Shown here in pieces: positions 1-8,372 of a stretch of 64,000 bases of DNA; positions within the stretch are counted from its first letter, which is position 1; the number at the start of each line of letters is the position of its first letter. Source of the stretch: an uncultured Bacteroidales bacterium. Its GTDB lineage: Bacteria; Bacteroidota; Bacteroidia; Bacteroidales; ML635J-15. The stretch is taken from contig CAZEHA010000003.1 in NCBI GenBank assembly GCA_964511665.1, positions 45,880 through 109,879 of the forward strand. Reading direction: 5' to 3'. Both the position numbers and the translations under genes were made by a program. The notes under the pieces are model-generated. The model was not told where the DNA came from and ran no database searches. It saw nothing but the letters and a program-made list of their open reading frames with translations.

Positions 1-697
1 CCTTCGATAAACCGGCAATAATTCGATTTCTTTCAACAAAATTAGCTGGAACTATTTTACTATTATGGTTATATTCAGTAATAACAGCACCTGCCGATGC
101 AATAATGTCCTTGGCAAGTTGTGCATGTTCGGCCGGATAAATGGTTTCGAAGCCATGCCCTACCACCGCCCAGGTTGACAGCTTGTGCCGCAGTGCTGCA
201 TTATGTGCAGCCGCATCAATACCAAAAGCGAGCCCGCTAACAACCACGGCATCGGGGTGCCTTTCGGCAAGTTTACTGATGAAATCGTCGCAAAACTCTT
301 TTCCCCAGCGGGTAGAATTGCGCGTTCCTACCACAGCAATTTTCTTTGGGTTCGAAAACTGCGGTTGCCCTTTATAATACAATACCAGTGGAGCATCGAG
401 GCATTCTATCAAATCGCTCGGGAAATCACTGTCCCAGTAAGTAATATATTGTATTTCGTTGTTTGCAATATACTCCAATTCTTCTTCGGCTAATTCAACT
501 GCGCGCATGCGATTCCTGGTGATTTTCGAAGCCAAATAATCGCCAATCCCGGGTATTTTTCGCAAAACCGCAGGTTTTTCGGCAAAAACAGCTTCTACAC
601 CACCCGTATAAGCAACCAGTTTTTTTGCCGACACACAGCCAATGCCAGCAATCATCGATATGGCTATTTTGAAAACCTCGTCGTAATTACCTGCCAT
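1..697 (-). CDS. dprA: DNA-processing protein DprA/Smf (start present, 3' end cut by the window edge)
   Basis: This ORF is absent from the supplied track because it runs off the window. My minus-strand translation from ATG 697-695 reads MAGNYDEVFKIAISMIAGIGCVSAKKLVAYTGG...KKIAVVGTRNSTRWGKEF...VVSGLAFGIDAAAHNAALRH..., which matches the DprA Rossmann signature (GxAxGID..AH). The start lies 3 nt after the stop of the upstream ORF. Confidence 0.8.
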   Translation of the reverse strand, partial: MAGNYDEVFKIAISMIAGIGCVSAKKLVAYTGGVEAVFAEKPAVLRKIPGIGDYLASKITRNRMRAVELAEEELEYIANNEIQYITYWDSDFPSDLIECLDAPLVLYYKGQPQFSNPKKIAVVGTRNSTRWGKEFCDDFISKLAERHPDAVVVSGLAFGIDAAAHNAALRHKLSTWAVVGHGFETIYPAEHAQLAKDIIASAGAVITEYNHNSKIVPANFVERNRIIAGLSK

Positions 698-700
698 TTA

Positions 701-1153
701 CTACAGCATTGAGTTCAGACTTTCGATGAGGTCGTTTTTTTCTTTTTGCGTAAGCGATGATAAGCTTACCGGTTTAAACCGTGCGACACCCTGAGGAGTT
801 CTTACATACAATATTAATTGCTGACGCAATCCAAAAACTGCCGGTTTAACTTCGTATTTAACAAAATTATTCTTGGCAATCTCTATCGAGTAATTTCCGT
901 GCGACAAAGGCTGTAATGTCATGTAGCGCAAAATTATTTTACTGCCCTCGTTATTATAAAATATATAACAATACTTTTTCAAAAAGAAGAACACCATAGC
1001 CAACAACAAGAAAACAGCCATGGCTATTTCGAACATGTGATTCGACGACCATGAATAAATCAGACTAAAAACGATTAATGCCAGACATACCAGCGTAAAC
1101 ATCATAAACCCCAACCTAATACGGGTCGAAATTTCTTTATTGTTTATTATCAT
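701..1153 (-). CDS. Small membrane protein with two predicted TM helices, function unknown
   Basis: 150-aa ORF with two hydrophobic stretches (FMMFTLVCLALIVFSLIY and IAMAVFLLLAMVFFFL) followed by a soluble tail. It overlaps the 3' end of the upstream gene by 17 nt and sits 3 nt from the dprA start. Confidence 0.5.
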   Translation of the reverse strand: MIINNKEISTRIRLGFMMFTLVCLALIVFSLIYSWSSNHMFEIAMAVFLLLAMVFFFLKKYCYIFYNNEGSKIILRYMTLQPLSHGNYSIEIAKNNFVKYEVKPAVFGLRQQLILYVRTPQGVARFKPVSLSSLTQKEKNDLIESLNSML

Positions 1154-2300
1154 ATTTTTTTTCTCCTCTTCTTCGGTTCAATTCTATTTTTATCAGTTCT
1201 ATTTCGCGCTTCGATTGTTTCGACACACTCGAATTCTCCTCAATCCTGCGCATCATATATGGTATAACCTCACTTACCTTACCGTACGGGATATATTTTA
1301 TCACATTAAATCCATCGTTTGCCAACAAATTCGAAATATGATCGGCCATACCATATAATTGTGCAAAATAAACTCTTTTATCGTTTTTCGCCAAACCTTT
1401 TTTCTCAATAATATCAACCAACAGTGAGCAACTTGTTTCGTTGTGTGTTCCGGCAAACAAAACCAGATGGCCGATGTTGTCCACAATCACTTCAAGTGCA
1501 TTGTTAAAAGCCGAGTCGGTTTCTTCTTTTGTGCCAAAAACAGGCGAAGGATAGTTCATAGCTTTAGCCCTCGCTCTTTCTTTTTCGAGATACGCCCCAC
1601 GAACCAATTTAATTCCGGCCACATACCCGTACTTCGCCGAATCTTCGATAAGATGTTGCAGATATGCCGGCCTGTTGGAGAGATACATTTGCAGCGTGTT
1701 AAATACTACCGCTCTCTGCTTGTTGTATTTTCGCATCATGTTTTCGGTTACGCGATCAACAATATGCTGATATTGAAAATCTTCGGCATCGACCAATACC
1801 GAAAGACCAGCAGCTATAGCCGCTTCAACAATCAGTGTAAAACGGAATTCGAAATGTTGTAAATCTCTATTATCATTATCTAACTCAGTAATTAAATCAA
1901 GGTTTGCCAGTGCAGTGGGTTTGAACACACAGAACTGTATAATACCACTTTGCGACGACAATTTAATAGCTTTAAGTACCTCTTGAAGCGTATTGGCATA
2001 TGCAGTATTACTCGTTTGCATTTCTACCGAATAATCGGGCAGGGAACCAACACCCCATAACGACATTTCTTTTGCTGTATGAATGCACTGCTCTATAGTT
2101 TCGCCACCACAATACTGAACAAATATCGTATTACGAAATAACCATGAAATTGGTAAACGCATTTTTCGAAAAAAGCTCAAAAAAATGCTTCCTGCGAAGA
2201 TTAGAGCAGTGCTTCGAAGCATTTTTAGATAAATTAGCCTTCGTTTTAACACAGAATTACTCAAATTTCGATAGGCAATGGCTGTTAATTCAAAGTTCAT
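1137..2300 (-). CDS. Proline dehydrogenase family protein
   Basis: 387 aa. The motifs ...FVQYCGGETIEQ..., ...LPDYSVE..., ...KLVRGAYLEKERARA... and ...FAGTHNETS... are typical of monofunctional proline dehydrogenase (PutA catalytic domain-like). Confidence 0.75.
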   Translation of the reverse strand: MNFELTAIAYRNLSNSVLKRRLIYLKMLRSTALIFAGSIFLSFFRKMRLPISWLFRNTIFVQYCGGETIEQCIHTAKEMSLWGVGSLPDYSVEMQTSNTAYANTLQEVLKAIKLSSQSGIIQFCVFKPTALANLDLITELDNDNRDLQHFEFRFTLIVEAAIAAGLSVLVDAEDFQYQHIVDRVTENMMRKYNKQRAVVFNTLQMYLSNRPAYLQHLIEDSAKYGYVAGIKLVRGAYLEKERARAKAMNYPSPVFGTKEETDSAFNNALEVIVDNIGHLVLFAGTHNETSCSLLVDIIEKKGLAKNDKRVYFAQLYGMADHISNLLANDGFNVIKYIPYGKVSEVIPYMMRRIEENSSVSKQSKREIELIKIELNRRRGEKKYDNKQ

Positions 2301-2450
2301 AGAATATGTTAATAAAGGTTTTTTATGCTGATTGATTGAGTGTTAACAAGTTTTTTATTAACATTGTTTTCACTTCTTTGTTAATTTTTTTTAATTTTGT
2401 TATGAATTATTAAAAATAATTGCTTTTTTTGTAAATATAATTTATTCGAT

Positions 2451-2458
2451 TAATTTTG
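2451..2458 (+). promoter_or_regulatory. Bacteroidota sigma-A -7 box (TAnnTTTG)
   Basis: TAATTTTG lies 22 nt upstream of ATG 2481. A second copy lies at 2392-2399. Confidence 0.5.
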
Positions 2459-2480
2459 TTTAATTGATACCGAAAGTAAA

Positions 2481-3248
2481 ATGCCTATGAAATCAAAGAA
2501 TTTTACCAGTCTGTTATTACTGATGTTTGTGGTAGTGCTACCTATGCTGAATGGTTGCAAAAAAGGTGAAGAAGATCCTTTCTTTTCGATTCATACCCGA
2601 AAAGCCAGAGTAACCGGTGTATGGGATATCAATTACTTTAAATCGGATATAAAAACCATCTATGGTGAAGGAACAAATCAGATACGAACAGTTACAGAAA
2701 TAAGCGGAACGAATTGGAAAGAAACCGTTTATATTCTTGGCAGCGACGAATCGGAAGAAACAAAAGGCAAGATACTGAACTTCAAAATTAAATTCGACAA
2801 CAACGGTCTGATGAATTACATTTTCGAGTACCAAGTTGTGGAACGTGTAGTTGATGAGGATTTGGGTAGAGATACTACCATTACAACAACTATTAAAAAA
2901 GAATTTTCGGGAACATGGAATTTCTTGGCCGGAATTGACGAATATAATAATAAAGAGCGTTTGGCTTTGGTTATACAGGAAGAAAAATTCCTGAAAATTG
3001 TTTCCAAATATACTATTGACCCGGATGATGATGAAGCTGTAGGAGTAACCTTTACACAACGTGAAGCTTACACCCGACGCTATGCCAATGGAGAGATGAG
3101 TACCATTTGGATCCTAAGAATGCTGAAGAATAAAGAAATCATCATGGATCAAAACATCAACGACCTGATTGTTACTACCGATGTTTTTGGCAATGGTAAT
3201 TCTATTTCGGAAGTGGGTTTAAAGACCCAGACTTTGGTTAGAGAATAA
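2481..3248 (+). CDS. Hypothetical lipoprotein (lipocalin-like)
   Basis: Signal peptide ending in the lipobox LNGC. A TGVWDI motif near the N-terminus resembles small Bacteroidota lipocalin-like lipoproteins. A TAATTTTG -7 box lies 22 nt upstream. Confidence 0.55.
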   Translation: MPMKSKNFTSLLLLMFVVVLPMLNGCKKGEEDPFFSIHTRKARVTGVWDINYFKSDIKTIYGEGTNQIRTVTEISGTNWKETVYILGSDESEETKGKILNFKIKFDNNGLMNYIFEYQVVERVVDEDLGRDTTITTTIKKEFSGTWNFLAGIDEYNNKERLALVIQEEKFLKIVSKYTIDPDDDEAVGVTFTQREAYTRRYANGEMSTIWILRMLKNKEIIMDQNINDLIVTTDVFGNGNSISEVGLKTQTLVRE

Positions 3249-3267
3249 AAACACTACTATAATGTTG

Positions 3268-3298
3268 AAAAAAAGGATGGCCTAGCCATCCTTTTTTT
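3268..3298. terminator. Bidirectional rho-independent terminator
   Basis: An A-run, then GGATGGC-CTA-GCCATCC (7-bp stem at 3275-3281 and 3285-3291), then a T-run. It lies between the convergent lipoprotein and GT2 genes and overlaps the GT2 stop codon. Confidence 0.75.
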
Positions 3299-4172
3299 AT
3301 TTAATCAATTTGTAGTTGGTATATTGCCCCAACTTCAGGTGCAGGCGCTTGTCGATAAATCGTTTAAACTTGTCTTTGCACCTCACTTTGTTAAACGAAA
3401 TATCGTAGTCGAACTGCCAGTTTTTGGCAGCAATACGTTGTTGCATTACCTGCGGGTGTGAACCCTCGAAATGCGATAAGGCATCTATTTGAGAATAATC
3501 GAACGTTTCAGCTTTAACAACATTTTTTTCGACCCAATCATCGTTATGCCACAGCTTATTAAAATCTTCCTGCTTACGTTGCATCGCCCGCGGGTCTTTT
3601 ACCCAGCCGTAATGGTAAATATACGCATCGATGGCTTTTACATTGAGTGGCCGGTTGTTATCTTTTCTGAAGCCCTGAGCATCGCGGTAAGAATACGTGT
3701 TTTTATTATTCTTAATTACTCTGATTTCGTTGCGGTACCAACGATACGATTCGCCTACATAATCGTAAGAGCCGTAAAAATGAAGATAATGAAACAACAA
3801 TCCATCTACACGTTCATCGTCTTTATATTTCAGCATAGCCTGTCGAATCACCGGCAGATACTTTTCGTGCACCACTTCGTCGCCTTGAATATAGAAGCAC
3901 CAATCGCTATCGCTACCGATTGACCTGAATGCCTTATCGGTTTCAACAGCCAGCACCCTGCCTCCTTCTCTAAGAGTGTCGTCCCATTCCGTATCTACAA
4001 TGCGAATTTTTTCGGGACAAACAGAAGCAATAATATCCCTTGTGTTATCTTCTGATTTTCCTACCGCCACTACAACATCATCGCATATTGGCAAAATCGA
4101 CCTAATGGCTTCAACCACCGGATAATCGTATTTTTCGGCATTTCTTATAAAGCTAAAACCTGAAACTTTCAT
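3297..4172 (-). CDS. Glycosyltransferase family 2-like protein
   Basis: 291 aa. The N-terminal FSFIRNAEKYDYPVVEAIRSILPICDDVVVAVGKSEDNT and the acidic motifs (DTEWDD, IQGDE) are typical of a GT-A fold. The start overlaps the stop of the upstream gene (ATGA). Confidence 0.65.
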   Translation of the reverse strand: MKVSGFSFIRNAEKYDYPVVEAIRSILPICDDVVVAVGKSEDNTRDIIASVCPEKIRIVDTEWDDTLREGGRVLAVETDKAFRSIGSDSDWCFYIQGDEVVHEKYLPVIRQAMLKYKDDERVDGLLFHYLHFYGSYDYVGESYRWYRNEIRVIKNNKNTYSYRDAQGFRKDNNRPLNVKAIDAYIYHYGWVKDPRAMQRKQEDFNKLWHNDDWVEKNVVKAETFDYSQIDALSHFEGSHPQVMQQRIAAKNWQFDYDISFNKVRCKDKFKRFIDKRLHLKLGQYTNYKLIK

Positions 4173-5263
4173 AGCCCTTGCGTATTAGTAATTTTGCAAA
4201 ACACTTCCTCGAAGGCTTTTTTAAAATTGTGCCTGCTCTCAATTTTCCACTCCTGCAAATTTGTTAAACACGAAAAATCAATGCGGTTTAATTCAGACTG
4301 CTGTATCACACTAAATTGATATTTCTCTTTCATTACACGAGCCAAGTATTCTTGTTCGGGTTGCCCTGGAGTAGGCACCAACAAGGCCTTTCTGCCCATA
4401 ACAGCCAAATCCATTAGGGTAGAATACCCACTTCGACATACTATTGCATTGCATTCGCTAATATACCGGCTTAGCATTGCTCTGCCTGCTACATCAATAA
4501 CTTTAAAATTATCGGGATATAATATTTCGCCTTTTGAATTTGCACCTCTAACCAAAATCACCTGCCCATGATATGATGCAAAAACATGCACCAACAACTT
4601 TTCGAAGATGCTGCGTTGCGGCTCCGGTCCCGACAGGAGCAATAGTATAGAACTGATTTTCACATCATGTAGAACCGGCCTTGCAAGAGCACTCAAAAAG
4701 CCAATATATTGCACATTGTCGGGAACCTTATTATGCGATAAATTTTCTGACAAGTTTTCTACTCCTTGGTTATCAGGAACAAAGCAATAATTGTATGTAA
4801 CAATAATGTTTCGATGAACGGCACTTGCCAGACGGCAAAAAAAGGAAGGGTTTCCGGTTCCGGCTCCCGGATGAATCTGGTGAGTAATATAAACCGAACT
4901 ACAAGATCTACTTCTTACTCCGGGGCGATTGTCAGAAATCACCAGATTGATGCGGTGCTGTTTTACATATTTTTCAATTTGCCTGTGATTTTTATAAAAA
5001 GCTATTGCAATTAGAGGAATTTGCCCGAGCAGACACAATATTTGCCGTTTTCGATGCGAATATCTGATTACAGGAGCAGGAATCTCGATGTAATCTAACT
5101 GAGGAAAGCATTGCCTCAGATAGGTTAACGAGCGGCCATTACCTGCAATGCTAACATAGTGATTTTCGGTTAACAAATAATCAATCACAGGCACCATACG
5201 GGTAGCATGCCCCAAACCCCAGTCGAGAACACCAACCAAAATATGTAGCCTGGTTGGTGTCAT
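4169..5263 (-). CDS. GT-B fold glycosyltransferase (GT28 C-terminal / MGT-like)
   Basis: 364 aa. It has an N-terminal G-loop (VGVLDWGLGHATR) and a C-terminal CRSGYSTLMDLAVMGRKALLVPTPGQPEQE motif resembling MurG/UDP-glycosyltransferase donor-binding regions. There are ATGA overlaps on both sides. Confidence 0.6.
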   Translation of the reverse strand: MTPTRLHILVGVLDWGLGHATRMVPVIDYLLTENHYVSIAGNGRSLTYLRQCFPQLDYIEIPAPVIRYSHRKRQILCLLGQIPLIAIAFYKNHRQIEKYVKQHRINLVISDNRPGVRSRSCSSVYITHQIHPGAGTGNPSFFCRLASAVHRNIIVTYNYCFVPDNQGVENLSENLSHNKVPDNVQYIGFLSALARPVLHDVKISSILLLLSGPEPQRSIFEKLLVHVFASYHGQVILVRGANSKGEILYPDNFKVIDVAGRAMLSRYISECNAIVCRSGYSTLMDLAVMGRKALLVPTPGQPEQEYLARVMKEKYQFSVIQQSELNRIDFSCLTNLQEWKIESRHNFKKAFEEVFCKITNTQGL

Positions 5264-6045
5264 GGCGTTAACATTACCCTAAAACCACCGGCCTCGATTT
5301 TGGTTTTAATTGCCTGTAGTTCATCAACAGAAATTTTCTGCAAACCCTGCTCGGGTGTTTCTCTATCGATAGAATAAATCATTACTTCGTCGGGCTGAAT
5401 ACACTTCAGTGCCCCGATATAGGCATCAAGCTCTGTGGAGGTTGTATTGTCAATACTTCTGCCCCCAAACTGTCCACGTACAAACATGGTTTGAACAATT
5501 TTTTTATGTGGGAATGCGGCAATATCGTTAATGATTTGTTGTATATGTAAAGGCTCGAAGCACTTGTTCAACAATTCGAAGGTTTCCTGTATCGCTGTAT
5601 CAAGTTTCAATATGGGTTTATCGACACAGCCAAGAGCCTTCACTACATCGGCATTGTTGAGAGTGGTGGCATTTGTAAGCACAGCAACCACAGCCTTGGG
5701 TGCCAGTTGGTTGCGCAGTTCTATCACTTTTTGGGTGATAAACAGGAAATCGGGATGCAAGCTAGGTTCTCCGTTTCCTGCAAAAGTAATGGCATCGATG
5801 CATTCGCCTATGTTGCTTTGGTGTGTTAATACATGTTGAAGTTCGCTAACGATATCGGCAGCAGCCGGAAATATATCACTGTTGTCGTAACGCGCCGTGA
5901 GACCGCATTCACAATAAATACAATTAAAATTGCACCATTTGGCGTTTACCGGTAACAGGTTCAAGCCAAGCGAACGCCCCAAACGACGCGACCTTACCGG
6001 ACCAAAAACAAGATTTTTAAACAAGAATCCACCCATATTATTCAT
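5260..6045 (-). CDS. Radical SAM protein, subfamily unknown
   Basis: 261 aa. A CNFNCIYC (CxxxCxxC) cluster motif follows the conserved GPVRSRRLGRSLGLNL N-terminus. The start could instead be M4 (6036). Confidence 0.8.
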   Translation of the reverse strand: MNNMGGFLFKNLVFGPVRSRRLGRSLGLNLLPVNAKWCNFNCIYCECGLTARYDNSDIFPAAADIVSELQHVLTHQSNIGECIDAITFAGNGEPSLHPDFLFITQKVIELRNQLAPKAVVAVLTNATTLNNADVVKALGCVDKPILKLDTAIQETFELLNKCFEPLHIQQIINDIAAFPHKKIVQTMFVRGQFGGRSIDNTTSTELDAYIGALKCIQPDEVMIYSIDRETPEQGLQKISVDELQAIKTKIEAGGFRVMLTP

Positions 6046-7687
6046 TTTCTCTCAGGTAAAAAACAAAACCATTTTTCTCGCCAATAATTTGAAGAAACGG
6101 AAATTCATTCACTATCTCTTCTTTTTTGGTATTCTTACTGATAAAGTAGGCAGGTTTATCGATATTGCCATACAACAACCAATTTGTATTGCTCACACTA
6201 TCGTGTGATGGCATGGGCTTTTCGAAATAATACAACTCGGCATACGACTTATATCCCAGAGTCTTCACATAACAATCGTGCTGAGGCAGCGACTTAAAAA
6301 ACGCTATAGCAGCATGTTGCGTATAGGCTTCAGCCCGGGGCACAAACAAAACCATGGCTCCAAAATGAAACATGGCTAATGAGGCAGCAAGCGCTATTGT
6401 AGGAACAATGCGTTTTTCGCTATTTATGCGAATTACGTAAAACAGTATTCCCCCTAGCAACAATAGCGCAACAATCCATTCAAAACCCAGCCAATTGGCA
6501 TCGGCCTGCAGATTAGCCATGGCAAATTGATCGTTTATGAGGTTCTTATCGATGATGAAGTTTCTCAATCGCTCAATTTGCGAAAAAACAACCAACCCAA
6601 CAGTGTAAACAACACCCATCGAAATAAGTACTATTTTTTCGAAGATTTGCAACTTATCTTTTTTCCCGGTTATACGATACACCTGCAAAGCAGCCAAGAA
6701 ACTTAACGGGAAATAGCACATCGAGGAATAGTGCAGAATTTTGGTTTCTACAATCGTGAAGAGAATAAGAACAACCAAAAATAAGACTATCATCCATTGT
6801 CGCACAAATAACACAGGGTCGGGATGGTCGTAGCTTCGAAAAAAACCGCGAAGAGCAAAAATAGAAGCCGGAAAGACACCAAAAAACAACACAACTACGT
6901 GATATAACACAAAACCACCATGTCCGGCATCCTCGGTACTAAACAATCGTATCTGGTAATCGATAAAATCGCGGATTACATCAAGATTACCGTTCAGCAT
7001 TTGCAGTATAAACCATAATCCACCTACCATTGCAAAAACCACAATAAACAACAACAAATGCATAATTTTAAAATAGACCCTGGCCCTCTGAACCACTAAA
7101 ATGGCCATGTAACTAAGCAATACTATGAGAATGGCCACCGGACCTTTTGTTAACACTGCGAGCCCGAGAAAAAGTGCCGAAAGAAAAATAAGCAGCAGTT
7201 TATTGGCTTTAAACTTGCCTGAATACAGCAACAGGAACCAGAAACTCAGGAAAATAAAAGCATTAAACCAAGGATCGATAATCCCCGATTTAAAATAGAA
7301 AAAAGGAAGCAGTGAGCATGCATAGCAAAGCGACCATATCAAGCCAAAACGCTGATTGTACACCCTCCTGCCCGAAAAATACAGCATCAGTAACACCACA
7401 ATGCCACATACTGCATTGGGAAAACGGGCAGCAAACTCGTTTACACCAAACAGTTTCATCGAAACTACCTGCATCCATATAAACAATGGTGGTTTCTCCC
7501 AAAACACCTTGTAGTCGATTTGAACATCGAGGTAATTACCGCTTACAATCATTTCGCGTGCCGATTCGGCAAAATTGATTTCGTCCCAATCGAACAAATG
7601 CACTCCACCATTGAACGGGATAAAAAACAGCGCCGCAACCAGCATCAAAAACAATACATTCTTGTCGAATTTTATTTTCGCGAACAT
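6038..7687 (-). CDS. ArnT / PMT-like GT-C glycosyltransferase (polyprenyl-phosphate-sugar dependent, polytopic membrane protein)
   Basis: Many TM helices. The first-loop acidic motif FDWDEINFAESAREM and WEKPPLFIW are typical of the ArnT/PMT_2 family. I place the start at the internal ATG 7687 (MFAKIKFDKN...). The 56-codon extension in the ORF track lies inside the upstream PAP2 gene. Confidence 0.75.
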   Translation of the reverse strand: MFAKIKFDKNVLFLMLVAALFFIPFNGGVHLFDWDEINFAESAREMIVSGNYLDVQIDYKVFWEKPPLFIWMQVVSMKLFGVNEFAARFPNAVCGIVVLLMLYFSGRRVYNQRFGLIWSLCYACSLLPFFYFKSGIIDPWFNAFIFLSFWFLLLYSGKFKANKLLLIFLSALFLGLAVLTKGPVAILIVLLSYMAILVVQRARVYFKIMHLLLFIVVFAMVGGLWFILQMLNGNLDVIRDFIDYQIRLFSTEDAGHGGFVLYHVVVLFFGVFPASIFALRGFFRSYDHPDPVLFVRQWMIVLFLVVLILFTIVETKILHYSSMCYFPLSFLAALQVYRITGKKDKLQIFEKIVLISMGVVYTVGLVVFSQIERLRNFIIDKNLINDQFAMANLQADANWLGFEWIVALLLLGGILFYVIRINSEKRIVPTIALAASLAMFHFGAMVLFVPRAEAYTQHAAIAFFKSLPQHDCYVKTLGYKSYAELYYFEKPMPSHDSVSNTNWLLYGNIDKPAYFISKNTKKEEIVNEFPFLQIIGEKNGFVFYLRENE

Positions 7688-8322
7688 AGCTTTATAATTG
7701 AAGTTTCCCAGGTATTGGGTGTAAAACGAAAAACCACAACGCTTATAAGCAGCGCAGTAACGGTGCCTAACAATGCCCCTGCCATCACATCTTCGAAGAA
7801 GTGCATCGACAAATATATGCGCGTATAGGCAATACAGGCAGCAAACAAAACACACAGTATTTTAAACCAGTACTTTGCATATAACATTGAAACACAACAC
7901 ATCAAAGCAAAAATGGTAGTAGCATGCCCCGACGGAAAGCTGAAATACTGATGCAATTCAATATTCTCAACCAAATTTAAACCAGGCATCGAATCAAGAT
8001 AATAGGCAGGGCGCATATAATCGGCAAAAGCTAAGCGCTTGAGCACCTGCACAAACAAACCACTACATGCACCTGTTATTGCTGTTACAAGCGATAAGCG
8101 GGTGTTTATGGATGCTAATACAATAACAAAAACCACTATCGCCCATCCTGAAGCCAAATGGGTAAGTAAACTCATCAGCCCATCAATAAAAAGCGTATGA
8201 CGGGCATTGAGCCAAATATGCAACGAAAACCTATCGCTTAGTATAGCCACAACTAATCCCGTTAACAACAAGAACAAAGTTGCAACTACAAATACCCCAA
8301 TACGTTTCCAAATGCTTTTCAT
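7672..8322 (-). CDS. PAP2 superfamily phosphatase (membrane)
   Basis: 216 aa. PAP2 motifs are present: KRLAFADYMRP, PSGH and YTRIYLSMHFFEDV. It overlaps the start of the downstream GT-C gene by 16 nt. Confidence 0.8.
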   Translation of the reverse strand: MKSIWKRIGVFVVATLFLLLTGLVVAILSDRFSLHIWLNARHTLFIDGLMSLLTHLASGWAIVVFVIVLASINTRLSLVTAITGACSGLFVQVLKRLAFADYMRPAYYLDSMPGLNLVENIELHQYFSFPSGHATTIFALMCCVSMLYAKYWFKILCVLFAACIAYTRIYLSMHFFEDVMAGALLGTVTALLISVVVFRFTPNTWETSIIKLCSRK

Positions 8323-8372
8323 GAAACAGTTACACTATTATGCCTCAAAGTTAACAATCATACAATTATACG

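Noticed and set aside
2538-3059. Long antisense ORFs inside confident genes: 2538..3059 (173 aa), 3489..3923, 1443..1862, 10925..11257, 32881..33258 and 56773..57324 (183 aa).
   Set aside because: Each lies entirely opposite a gene with clear family motifs. Their translations are low-complexity (F/I/L/S/C-rich) with no recognisable domain, and they lack upstream promoter boxes. This is the typical shadow-ORF behaviour of moderately AT-rich DNA.
7688-7855. A 56-codon N-terminal extension of the GT-C gene (MCFVCCLYCLYAHIF...).
   Set aside because: The extension lies wholly within the 3' end of the PAP2 gene in another frame. It is Cys/Tyr-rich with no signal or TM logic, and the internal ATG 7687 yields a normal ArnT-like N-terminus.
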